A stretch of DNA of 64,000 bases from an uncultured Prevotella sp. (GTDB lineage Bacteria; Bacteroidota; Bacteroidia; Bacteroidales; Bacteroidaceae): contig USEC01000005.1 in NCBI GenBank assembly GCA_900553595.1, positions 2,931-66,930 on the forward strand. Direction: 5' to 3'. Below the pieces are notes generated by a model. It ran no database searches. It was not told where the DNA came from and worked only from the letters and a program-made list of their open reading frames with translations. Position 1 is the first letter of the stretch; the number at the start of each line of letters is the position of its first letter. Position numbers and translations under genes: made by a program. Below are positions 30,089-39,351 of the stretch, piece after piece.

Positions 30089-30545
30089 ATTCGCGGAGGC
30101 GGGCGGTCATCTCCTGCACAAGACCATCAACCTCCCGACTTGAAAGGAAAGCCGTATTGATGCCCGTCGCTATCTTGCGCCCGTCGCGACAATATGCATA
30201 AACGATGACAATGCCCAGTGTCTTAACTGCGCGGAAACGCTCCACGCTGGCAAAATCAAGTGACGCATAATCCATTTTCATGGGTAAGAACCATTTCAAT
30301 GCGTTCTTCGTGACAACCACCCAAGGGGTCTGCCGCACATATTTCAGGTGCAGCACGCACAGCACAGCCACTATCCCCATACCGCCAAACGACCATACGG
30401 CATAAGTCAATATCCTGCCAAACGGCGTGGAACTGACGGGAAAAAGAATCGTAAGGACAAAGAATGCGAGTGAACTTAACGCAAGATTCAATATCTTAGA
30501 GCCTTTGATGCCACACTCCACTGTGCCTTGTTGTGTATGTTCCAT
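30072..30545 (-). CDS. Hypothetical membrane protein (two TMs plus small soluble domain)
   Basis: Two hydrophobic segments; own TATATTTG promoter at 30573-30580; 17-bp convergent overlap with its neighbour. Confidence 0.6.
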   Translation of the reverse strand: MEHTQQGTVECGIKGSKILNLALSSLAFFVLTILFPVSSTPFGRILTYAVWSFGGMGIVAVLCVLHLKYVRQTPWVVVTKNALKWFLPMKMDYASLDFASVERFRAVKTLGIVIVYAYCRDGRKIATGINTAFLSSREVDGLVQEMTARLREFNSVE

Positions 30546-30582
30546 AACCAAGATAATTAAAGTTTACATCTGCAAATATACG

Positions 30583-30620
30583 AAAAAAGAGGCAAAGCCG
30601 TAATGGTTTTGCCTCTTTTT
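30583..30620. terminator. Intrinsic terminator after the P-type ATPase
   Basis: aaaaaagaggcaaagcc-gtaat-ggttttgcctcttttt. Confidence 0.8.
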
Positions 30621-30625
30621 CCTTT

Positions 30626-32527
30626 CTATTTCATAAGTCTCAGCCGCAGACTGTTGCACACGACGCTCACGCTCGACATTGCCATGAGTGCACTTGCCCA
30701 CATCGGTGTAATCTGGAAACCGATGCCGAAGATGTGCAACACACCTGCCGCCAAGGGAATACTAACGACATTATAGGCGAAAGCCCAGAACAGATTCTGG
30801 CGTATCATGCCCACCGTGCGCTGCGAAAGAGCGCATGCTTCGGGAATACGTCTGAGGTCGTCGCCCACGAGAGTGAGCTGCGCCACATTCATGGCGACAT
30901 CGGTTCCGCCGCCCATCGCCACACTGACATCGGCAAGAGCCAATGCCTGTGAGTCGTTTATACCGTCGCCCACCATCGCAACTATCTTGCCTTCATGTTG
31001 CAGACGGCGCACAATGTCCTCCTTGTCCTGCGGCAGACAGCGGCTTTTCCAGTGCCCGATGCCCGCTTTCGCAGCCCAGAACGCCGTCGCTTCATCATTG
31101 TCTCCGCTCATCATCCACACTTCTATGCCACGCTCTTTGAGCATCGTCACGGCCTCGGCAGCATGCGGTTTCAGCGTTTCGCGCTCTTCAAAGGGCAGCG
31201 ACGAAGCCGACTTGAAATCGACATTCTTATTCGGTATGGTGAGAGTGCCGGTCTTATCTATCACGAGAGCGTTCACACGACAGAGCTGTTCTACAGCCGT
31301 TGCGTCCTTCACCAGAATGCCTTTTGTCGACGCCTTGCCTATGCCCACCATGAGAGCAGTGGGTGTTGCGAGTCCCATGGCACACGGACAGGCTATCACC
31401 AGCACCGAGATTGCCGCGAGAACAGCATCGGGCAACACCGCCATGCCGCCCGCAACGAGCCACACGGCAAGCGTGAGCAGTGACAAGAGAAGCACACACG
31501 GCACGAACACGAGAGCCACCTTATCGACAAACCGCTGCACGGGAGCCTTCGAACCCTGCGCCTGTTGCACCATGCGTATGATGCCTGAGAGCACCGTCTG
31601 CTGCCCCACCTGCCCGGCACGGAAGCGCAATGTGCCTTCGGTCACGATGGTTCCGGCGAGCACTTTCGCCCCCTTCCGCTTGCCTACAGGCACAGGTTCG
31701 CCCGAAATCATGGCTTCGTCCACATAGGCTTCGCCATCGGTCACAATGCCATCGACGGGAACTTTCTCCCCACAGCGCACTTCAACGGTGTCGCCGACAG
31801 CCACCGCCGCCAACGGGACATCATTCACTTCGCTGCCACTCACCACATGAGCCACCTTCGGAACAAGCCCCATGAGCGAGCGTATGGCAGCCGCTGTCGA
31901 TTTACGGGCGCGTTCCTCGATGCAACGCCCGGTGAGAACGAAGGTGATTATCATCACCGACGCATCATAATATGTGTGCCACTCAATGCCACGCGCACCC
32001 CAGAACGCATCGCCCCAGAATGTGTTGAACACACTGAAAAGGAACGATACGCCCGTACTCATGGCTACAAGCGTGTCCATATTGGCCGAACCGTGAAGCA
32101 ACTGGCGCACGGCATTGATGTAAAACGAGCGTCCGCAATATGCAATGTTGAGCAATGCGGCAATGAGCATGAGCTGATTGGCAGCAGAAGTACTGACAGT
32201 TCCTGTCCAACGCATCGACACCGAGATCACGAAAAGGGCGAAAAACCACGACAGGAGGGTGTGTCTGAGCAGCAGACGGTAGTTGTTGCGCTCAATGGCA
32301 TCCACGCTTTTAGCGTCGTCGATGATGAGTTCGTAGCCCATAGCGTCTATTTCGCGCTTCATATCAGCCACGCTTATCGTCTTTTCATCATACTCCACAA
32401 CGGCAGAGCGACCCGGCAGCGACACCGCCACCGACTCCACGCCCTGCAATGAGCGCAGCTTACGCTCCACATTGGCACTGCATCCGGCACATGCCATACC
32501 CAGAACGGGCAATGTTTTCTTTTCCAT
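30626..32527 (-). CDS. Heavy-metal (Cu+-type, P1B-1) P-type ATPase lacking the N-domain
   Basis: GMACAGC HMA domain, SGEP, CPC, DKTGTLT, SGD, GDGIND, YN and MxxSS motifs; only 633 aa. Confidence 0.9.
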   Translation of the reverse strand: MEKKTLPVLGMACAGCSANVERKLRSLQGVESVAVSLPGRSAVVEYDEKTISVADMKREIDAMGYELIIDDAKSVDAIERNNYRLLLRHTLLSWFFALFVISVSMRWTGTVSTSAANQLMLIAALLNIAYCGRSFYINAVRQLLHGSANMDTLVAMSTGVSFLFSVFNTFWGDAFWGARGIEWHTYYDASVMIITFVLTGRCIEERARKSTAAAIRSLMGLVPKVAHVVSGSEVNDVPLAAVAVGDTVEVRCGEKVPVDGIVTDGEAYVDEAMISGEPVPVGKRKGAKVLAGTIVTEGTLRFRAGQVGQQTVLSGIIRMVQQAQGSKAPVQRFVDKVALVFVPCVLLLSLLTLAVWLVAGGMAVLPDAVLAAISVLVIACPCAMGLATPTALMVGIGKASTKGILVKDATAVEQLCRVNALVIDKTGTLTIPNKNVDFKSASSLPFEERETLKPHAAEAVTMLKERGIEVWMMSGDNDEATAFWAAKAGIGHWKSRCLPQDKEDIVRRLQHEGKIVAMVGDGINDSQALALADVSVAMGGGTDVAMNVAQLTLVGDDLRRIPEACALSQRTVGMIRQNLFWAFAYNVVSIPLAAGVLHIFGIGFQITPMWASALMAMSSVSVVCNSLRLRLMK

Positions 32528-32742
32528 AAATGCAAAGTTACGCTTTTTCTTCCGTCAGCACTTTACACAATTATGGAAAAAAGTTACGGACCATAAAAAT
32601 TCAGAAAGCTCTGAATTACGAAAAAAACAAAAAGCCGGGAATCCATGAACCAACAATCTGCCGACTGCAACGCAACCTGCCACCGACGCCGTAAAAACAC
32701 GGCTTGCCTCATAAGTTCCCGACTTTTCCAGTCTATTCAATC

Positions 32743-33654
32743 CTAATCCTCCAGCGCACCTATTATCTCGTTCACCGAAGCACAACCATGACGGTCGAGC
32801 CAGTCGTTGATTCCGTCGCGCACCTTGATGGTGACAGCCGGATCGAGGAAGTTTGCCGTACCTATTTCTATAGCCGTTGCGCCGGCCATGAGGAATTCTA
32901 TTGCGTCCTCGGCAGTGCTAATGCCGCCCAGGCCCACAACAGGAATCTTCACTGCCTTAGCCACCTGCCACACCATACGCAGTGCCACCGGCTTCACAGC
33001 GGGGCCGCTGAGTCCACCAGTGGAAATGCTCAGCACGGGGCGGCGGCGTTCGATGTCGATTGCCATACCCATAAGAGTGTTTATGAGCGACACGCTGTCG
33101 GCTCCCTCAGCCTCCACTGCTTTGGCAATTTCTGCCACATCGGTGACATTGGGCGACAGCTTCACGATGATGGGTTTATGGTAACGCTGGCGCACGGCAC
33201 GCACCACACTTGCCGCTCCCGAAGTGGTAACACCAAACGCCATACCACCCTGTTTCACGTTGGGGCAGCTTATATTAAGCTCGATTGCAGGGATATTGTC
33301 AAGCGCATCGATGCGTGCAGCACACTCGGCATAGTCGTCCGGCGACGAACCGCTCACGTTTACAATCATATTGGTGTCTATATCCTTTATCTGCGGATAT
33401 ATGTTACGGCAGAAATAGTCCACGCCCTTGTTCTGCAATCCCACACAGTTGAGCATTCCCTGTGCCGTCTCCGCCATACGCGGATAGTCGTTTCCTTCGC
33501 GCGGATTGAGCGTAGTGCCCTTGACAATGATGCCGCCTATGCCGTCGAGCGGCACAAAGTCGGCAAATTCCAAACCGTAACCGAACGTTCCCGAAGCGGT
33601 CATCACGGGGTTCTTGAGTTTCAACCCGCCTATCTTTACACTTAAATCTGCCAT
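32743..33654 (-). CDS. pyrD: Dihydroorotate dehydrogenase B, catalytic subunit
   Basis: [22 protein letters not shown] and GGLSG motifs; start MADLSV. Confidence 0.95.
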   Translation of the reverse strand: MADLSVKIGGLKLKNPVMTASGTFGYGLEFADFVPLDGIGGIIVKGTTLNPREGNDYPRMAETAQGMLNCVGLQNKGVDYFCRNIYPQIKDIDTNMIVNVSGSSPDDYAECAARIDALDNIPAIELNISCPNVKQGGMAFGVTTSGAASVVRAVRQRYHKPIIVKLSPNVTDVAEIAKAVEAEGADSVSLINTLMGMAIDIERRRPVLSISTGGLSGPAVKPVALRMVWQVAKAVKIPVVGLGGISTAEDAIEFLMAGATAIEIGTANFLDPAVTIKVRDGINDWLDRHGCASVNEIIGALED

Positions 33655-34418
33655 GACAATTTCTTTATATTCATTACCGGACCGTCTTTGCACACACACT
33701 TATTGCCTTCCACTGTCTTCTCAACACAGCACAGACAGGCGCCGACGCCGCACGCCATCTTGTTCTCCAGCGACACTTCGCACTCTATGTCGTTCTTGTA
33801 GGCGTAGCGTGCCACTGCCATCATCATAGGCTTCGGGCCGCAGGTGGAGATGAGGTCGAAGTTCTCCGAGGCCAGCACCGAGTGGTTTGTCACAAAGCCT
33901 TTCTCTCCTTCCGAGCCGTCCTCGGTGGTGATGAGCACGCGACCCACTTCTTCGAAGAGCGGTTTCTCAAGCACATCCTTCGCCGTGCGTGCTCCGAGCA
34001 GGAAGGTGGGCTGCATTCCCATCGCCTTGATTTTCCTACCGAGATAGAGCAACGGAGCCACGCCCACGCCGCCACCTACGAGCAACACCTTGGCACCGGG
34101 CTTCTCCGGGAGTGTAAACGAGTTGCCGAGCGGCAGCACACAGTTGAGCGTGTCGCCGCTGCGCAGCTGTTGCAGCCTACGGGTGCCGTCGCCTACGGCA
34201 GCCACAAGAAGCCAAAGTTCATTGCGCTCATAATCCACATTGTTGATGGAAATGGGACGGCGCAGGAAGGTGGATGGCGAGTCGTCCACGCGCACTTCCA
34301 CGAACTGTCCCGGAAGCATTTCCGGCAGAGGCTCGCTATGTGTGAGCTTTATGAGCACATGCTTGTCGCTCAAAGCTTCTACGGAATTGACCTTAAGGTC
34401 GAGAATGTATTTTTTCAT
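33642..34418 (-). CDS. pyrK: Dihydroorotate dehydrogenase electron transfer subunit
   Basis: [16 protein letters not shown] and [11 protein letters not shown]...CKDGPV motifs. Confidence 0.95.
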   Translation of the reverse strand: MKKYILDLKVNSVEALSDKHVLIKLTHSEPLPEMLPGQFVEVRVDDSPSTFLRRPISINNVDYERNELWLLVAAVGDGTRRLQQLRSGDTLNCVLPLGNSFTLPEKPGAKVLLVGGGVGVAPLLYLGRKIKAMGMQPTFLLGARTAKDVLEKPLFEEVGRVLITTEDGSEGEKGFVTNHSVLASENFDLISTCGPKPMMMAVARYAYKNDIECEVSLENKMACGVGACLCCVEKTVEGNKCVCKDGPVMNIKKLSWQI

Positions 34419-34782
34419 TTATTGTCTTATTTAAGTTCCGCATGCCTCCGCCATGCTTCCGGCCGACCGGCTGACTGGCAGCGGGGAGGTTTGCCCTTAC
34501 CGTCAATCCTGCTTACACACCTATCCAAGCAGAACCCACGCCTCCGCCTGTCGTCCATGCGTTTGCCGAAGCAAGCCCGAAGACTTGCGAAACCTCAGTT
34601 ATGTTATTGCTTTTATGCGTCTGTACGCACTGGTTTCCAAATGCGAAGTTACTCATTTTTGCGCAAAGAAAAGCCGAAAATTATAAATATATATCAAAAA
34701 ACGCACTCCTGACACCTTTTCGCCGACAAAACGCGCATCGCTCCTTTGTCACATTATAATAATGTTGTAAATTTGCACTGCA

Positions 34783-35202
34783 ATGACTTTCCATACTATG
34801 CACACGACGAAACGACAATGGATAAGAATTATTCTGCTTGCAGTGCTCACCATTCTGTGCTGCAACAGCAGCGTGCTTGCCGCCGACACCACGCACTATG
34901 CGGATGCCGACAGGCATGAAAGCCACAGCCATGTCGCCGCGCCTGACACGGGGAAAGACAATGCCACCGTTGCCACGCTGCACGAGACGGCACGCGTATG
35001 CAGTCAGGCACCAACGCGCAACACCTCGGTTTCAAAGCCGTCGCCCACACAGAGGGTACACTTCAGAAACCAGAATCTCTTCCATCTTCAAAAGATATGC
35101 TTCGCAGGCTATCGCGGTTCAGGCAGCATTCTGTCGCGCCCGATAATGCCTTTGCCGCCGTGTGACTACTATGTCTTCACACTAAGGCGTCTTTTGTGTT
35201 AG
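34783..35202 (+). CDS. Hypothetical exported protein ending in PPCDYYVFTLRRLLC
   Basis: TAAATTTG promoter at 34768-34775; N-terminal signal or TM segment; low-complexity middle. Confidence 0.6.
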   Translation: MTFHTMHTTKRQWIRIILLAVLTILCCNSSVLAADTTHYADADRHESHSHVAAPDTGKDNATVATLHETARVCSQAPTRNTSVSKPSPTQRVHFRNQNLFHLQKICFAGYRGSGSILSRPIMPLPPCDYYVFTLRRLLC

Positions 35203-35308
35203 CTATTTAGGGGCGCAGGTGTATCGCCTCTTGCGCCAACCTGCTCATTATCAGCACCCCTACATAAATAAAAAAAACAACAGCTAACAACAAAAGAACA
35301 AACAAATC

Positions 35309-35707
35309 ATGGCAAATTTAAACAATTTGGCAATGGGAAACAGCATTGCCAACGATTCCCGTATATCAACAAAAGCATCGTTCTTCAACCTCTGCAAGAA
35401 GCATTTCTACGCTCCCACACAGAGTCCTGTCAAGGCGCAGAAGAAGGAGTACTCGCCCACTGACGGCGTAAAACTCGAAAATGCACTCAACTGCAAGAGT
35501 CCCAAGGAGCGTGCGGCACACATCGCAGCACTCGATGCTATGAACGAGGTGAACCTCGGCAACTACCTGCTTGAAATGTGCTACTCGGACGACCGCCAGT
35601 TCTGCGCCCTGCAACTCAACCAGTTCAAGCAGCTGCGCTACGAGCCTGTGACCCCCGTATGCACCTTCGAGGGCGAGGAGGCACGGACAGTTGTCGAGGC
35701 ATTGTAG
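35309..35707 (+). CDS. Hypothetical protein (132 aa)
   Basis: A-rich leader typical of Bacteroidetes; strongly host-like codon usage. Confidence 0.75.
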   Translation: MANLNNLAMGNSIANDSRISTKASFFNLCKKHFYAPTQSPVKAQKKEYSPTDGVKLENALNCKSPKERAAHIAALDAMNEVNLGNYLLEMCYSDDRQFCALQLNQFKQLRYEPVTPVCTFEGEEARTVVEAL

Positions 35708-35860
35708 ATGCGCCGCCGGGCATTCGCCTGAGTAAAAACCGGAGGAACAGCTGAACGTAAAAGCGTTTTTAACAAACACTTAACATTCAACATTGCGCAA
35801 TGCGAAGAATAATACCTACATTTGCATTGCAATTTTAACGACAACTTAAAACGAAAAATT

Positions 35861-36382
35861 ATGTTGAACAAAAAAGTAGAAGAGGCTCTCAACGCCCAAA
35901 TCAATGCCGAGATGTGGTCGGCATACCTGTATCTTTCAATGGCAGCCTACGCTCATGCCAACGGCAATCCGGGCATAGGACACTGGTTTGAAGTGCAGTT
36001 CCAGGAGGAGCAGGACCATGCACGCATATTCTTCAACTACATCATCCAGCGCGGCGGACGCGTGGAGCTGAAGCCTATCGAGGGTGTTCCCACGACATGG
36101 GAGTCGCCACTCACCGTGTTTGAAGCCACTCTGGCACACGAGCAGAAGGTGACACAGCTCATCAACTCGCTCTTCGCACTCACCACGGCAGAGAACGATT
36201 ACGCCACACAGAGCATGCTCAAGTGGTTCATCGACGAGCAGGTGGAGGAAGAGGAGAACGCCAAGAACATCATCGACAACCTCCGTATGATCAAAGACAA
36301 CGGCTACGGACTCTACATGCTCGACAAGGAACTCGGCGCACGCACCTACACACAGGCTGCACCGCTTGCCGCAAAAGCATAA
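35861..36382 (+). CDS. ftnA: Non-heme ferritin
   Basis: QINAEMWSAYLYLSM, EEQDHA, HEQKVT and WFIDEQVEEE motifs. Confidence 0.95.
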   Translation: MLNKKVEEALNAQINAEMWSAYLYLSMAAYAHANGNPGIGHWFEVQFQEEQDHARIFFNYIIQRGGRVELKPIEGVPTTWESPLTVFEATLAHEQKVTQLINSLFALTTAENDYATQSMLKWFIDEQVEEEENAKNIIDNLRMIKDNGYGLYMLDKELGARTYTQAAPLAAKA

Positions 36383-36486
36383 AGAACGCCCTCGCCGCAC
36401 ACCGCCCGAAGACTACATGACGTGCGGATGCCTACCGCGAGGGAAACCGTAACACGCAACGATGCCGGCAGAAGGCATCGCAAGAG

Positions 36487-36541
36487 GGTGTGCATTCAGT
36501 GCCTCCACGCAGGGAGACACGGGGTGCACACCTTTTTTTTT
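36487..36541 (+). terminator. Probable ferritin terminator
   Basis: ggtgtgca ... tgcacacc followed by T9. Confidence 0.6.
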
Positions 36542-36844
36542 CGCCATCGCCGCACAGCAAAGACTCCCCCAATACAGCCAAGGAAACAAACACGACCCTC
36601 CTGTTCTTACCTATCGGCAATGCTTTTTCACATTCCGCATTCAGTCCGGACAGTGGCGAATATACGACAAGCCACGCTGCCGCACGGTAAAAATATTTGA
36701 CACCCGGCATTCCCGTTACAGAGTTTCCTCCAGACGGAGCGACCGCCTTTTCATGCCTTTTCAGCACCTTATTATATATAAAGGGCATGCTTTTCCAGCG
36801 TTTTCCTGCCGTTTTCCGCTCAAAACACACGCATTCCGCATCGC

Positions 36845-36903
36845 AGGCAAGGCTTGTCTGAAGTGCAAACAAGGCTTGTTTGAAGTGCAACCAAGGCTTG
36901 TTT
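36845..36903. repeat. 22-bp-period palindrome array (3 recognisable units, degenerate)
   Basis: aggcaaggcttgtct-gaagtgc-aaacaaggcttgttt-gaagtgc-aaccaaggcttgttt. Confidence 0.8.
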
Positions 36904-37181
36904 GCAACACGACGGTATTGCATTCGAAAGCCATTCTGCACAACTTCGCGCATAAGCCACTGCAACACAAGCGGTTGCGCCAAATGCCCTGATTTTGCAA
37001 AAAATCACTCCATTCCCCGCTTTTTTCACGCAACCGCCATTCTCGGCGATTAGGATTTGAAGACAGCGATACAAATATAGCACACATTTATCCCTCTCTC
37101 CGAAAGACGGAGAAAACGGAAACGGAAACAAAGCGGAAGCCCAAAGTTTTGAAAACACATTGTGGAGGGAACGGCATATAC

Positions 37182-37281
37182 AAAAAAATTGAGGGCAGTC
37201 AATAAACTACCCTCAACCAACACAAAAACTAAACTAGACTTAACTAAGCTAACTAAAGACTTTCACAAGCCTCTTGTTATC
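37182..37281 (-). ncRNA. Candidate small RNA (~100 nt) with UUAG-like repeats
   Basis: TATATTTG promoter at 37287-37294; terminator ttgagggtag...ctgccctcaa followed by T7; no ATG-initiated ORF. Confidence 0.5.
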
Positions 37282-37368
37282 GTGTGCAAATATATAGAAT
37301 ATTTCCGATTCAGACAAGTGTTTTTGCAAATATTTTTATAAAAAGTGGCAAAAAGACGAGAATATTCG

Positions 37369-38451
37369 TTAAAACGGATACTTTATGCTTGAATTTACAA
37401 GAACATTATCTAATATTGTCATGGCTGCCATAGCTTCAACTATGGGTACGGCGCGTGGCAAAACACACGGGTCGTGCCGCCCATGAGGGTGTACAAGGGC
37501 AGCATTTCCCGCCAAATCCACCGTCTGCTGCTCACGCAAAAGCGTGGCAACGGGCTTGAAAGCCACCCGGAAATATATGTTTTCGCCGTTGCTTATGCCT
37601 CCCTGTATGCCTCCGCTGTGGTTTGTCGCCGTGGCAATATGTCCGTGGTCGGCGCAGAAAGCGTCGTTCTGCCGACTTCCATGCGACGCCACACAACCGA
37701 AGCCCTCGCCATACTCGAAACCCTTTGCGGCATTGATGCCGAGCATAGCTGCACCGAGCTGGGCGTGGAGCTTGCCGAATTCGGGTTCGCCCAAACCTGC
37801 CGGACAGCCCTTTATCACGCACGTTATGATGCCGCCCACGGTGTCGCCCGCAACCTTCACGTCGTCGATGAGCCGCTCCATGAGCACCGCCTTCTGCGCA
37901 TCGGGGCAGCGCACGACGTTACGCTCGGCTTCATCAAGGTCGTAATGCGTGTAGTCGTGCTCCAGAGCGATGCCGCCCACCTGCGAGGTGTAGGCATGAA
38001 CGCTCACGCCCATACGCTTCAGTGCGAGCTTGGCAAGTGCGCCTCCCACACAACGGCTAATGGTGATGCGTGCCGAGGAGCGTCCACCTCCACGATGGTC
38101 GCGCACACCATACTTTTCATAATAGGTGTAGTCGGCATGGGAAGGACGGAACACATTGCGCAGATTGTCGTAGTCGGCGGAGTGATGGTCGCTGTTATGC
38201 ACCACGAAACCTATGGGGCAGCCCGTCGATTTGCCCTCGAACACGCCGCTGAGAAGTTCCACACGGTCGGCTTCGTTGCGTCCTGTCGTGATGTGACTCT
38301 GCCCCGGCCGGCGGCGGTTGAGTTCCGACTGTATGAAATCCATGTCGATGTCGATGCCCGGAGGCATGCCGTCCACCACTCCGCCGATGCACGGTCCGTG
38401 GCTTTCGCCAAACGTGGTGAGCGTGAAAAGAGTGCCGAATGTGTTGCGCAT
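37369..38451 (-). CDS. aroC: Chorismate synthase
   Basis: [32 protein letters not shown] and GRHDPC motifs. Confidence 0.97.
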   Translation of the reverse strand: MRNTFGTLFTLTTFGESHGPCIGGVVDGMPPGIDIDMDFIQSELNRRRPGQSHITTGRNEADRVELLSGVFEGKSTGCPIGFVVHNSDHHSADYDNLRNVFRPSHADYTYYEKYGVRDHRGGGRSSARITISRCVGGALAKLALKRMGVSVHAYTSQVGGIALEHDYTHYDLDEAERNVVRCPDAQKAVLMERLIDDVKVAGDTVGGIITCVIKGCPAGLGEPEFGKLHAQLGAAMLGINAAKGFEYGEGFGCVASHGSRQNDAFCADHGHIATATNHSGGIQGGISNGENIYFRVAFKPVATLLREQQTVDLAGNAALVHPHGRHDPCVLPRAVPIVEAMAAMTILDNVLVNSSIKYPF

Positions 38452-38500
38452 ATAGCTTTCAGAAATTAAGAAGTTAGGGAAAAGGAATGAAGAAGACAGA

Positions 38501-38577
38501 AAGTCAGAAGTCAAGCCATTCGCTTCTCCGTCCCAAATCCATATAAGGAGCAGGACATTAGGCTTGAGTTCTGACTT
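38501..38577. repeat. Short foldback element family B (TIR AAGTCAGRAGTCAAGCC)
   Basis: aagtcagaagtcaagcc ... ggcttgagttctgactt; related copy in opposite orientation at 42736-42810. Confidence 0.7.
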
Positions 38578-38601
38578 CCTGACTGTCTGACCTCCGACTG
38601 A

Positions 38602-39189
38602 TTAATGCTTGCAGTGTCCGCAGTCGCAAGACTCGCCTTCGTGGTGATGTCCGCATCCGCCGCTGCAACTCTCGCATCCGCCGCCACAGCCGTGACCGCT
38701 CATCTGGCTCACGAAAGCCTGCATCTCCTCCTTGGTGGCCTCACGGTTCTCAATCACCTTGCCCACGAAATTGAGCGTTTTGCCTGCCAAAGGCGAGTTG
38801 AGGTCGATGCGGACCTTGTCGGAAGTGATGTCGAGCACGATGCCCATGAAGAAGTTTCCGTCCTCGTTCTGCAACGGAACACGTGCGCCTTTGAACACCA
38901 CTTCGTTGTCAAACTTGCCGTCTATCTCGAAAACGCTCTTGTCAAGGCTTATCACACGCTTCTCGTCGTAGTCGCCGAAAGCAAGTTCCTTGGGCAGTTC
39001 AAAGTTGAAGTCGGCACCCTGTTCCAGCACCTCGACAGCCATTTCAAAGCCGTCGAGAGCCACGCCGAAGCCGGTGATGAACTGGAAGGGACGGTCGTTT
39101 GAAGTCTCTTCCACCAATTCTTTCTTATCATCGGCAATGGCATACAGTTTGTAAGACACTGAGATGAACTTGTTTTTCTTTGTTTCCAT
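38602..39189 (-). CDS. slyD: FKBP-type peptidyl-prolyl isomerase with Cys/His-rich tail (SlyD-like)
   Basis: AFGDYD and DLNSPLAGKTLNF motifs; tail HGCGGGCESCSGGCGHHH. Confidence 0.88.
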   Translation of the reverse strand: METKKNKFISVSYKLYAIADDKKELVEETSNDRPFQFITGFGVALDGFEMAVEVLEQGADFNFELPKELAFGDYDEKRVISLDKSVFEIDGKFDNEVVFKGARVPLQNEDGNFFMGIVLDITSDKVRIDLNSPLAGKTLNFVGKVIENREATKEEMQAFVSQMSGHGCGGGCESCSGGCGHHHEGESCDCGHCKH

Positions 39190-39351
39190 TCTTTTATATG
39201 TATTTTGTTTTAATGTTTCGCATATATGGATGCAAGGAGATTCTATCACCTAATTAAATACAAAGTTACGACATTTTTTTATGAATAAGCCTTACTTATA
39301 GGTTTTTATGCTATCTTTGCGCTTCGAAAACAATTATCAAATAAAAAACAA

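Noticed and set aside
30626..32527. P-type ATPase as a simple pseudogene
   Set aside because: No frameshift or internal stop, and all non-N-domain motifs, the promoter and the terminator are intact. It is reported as a finding pending conservation data.
34420..34650. Pyrimidine attenuator or 43-aa uORF upstream of pyrK
   Set aside because: No U-tailed terminator or PyrR-binding loop is recognisable, and the uORF has no supporting features.
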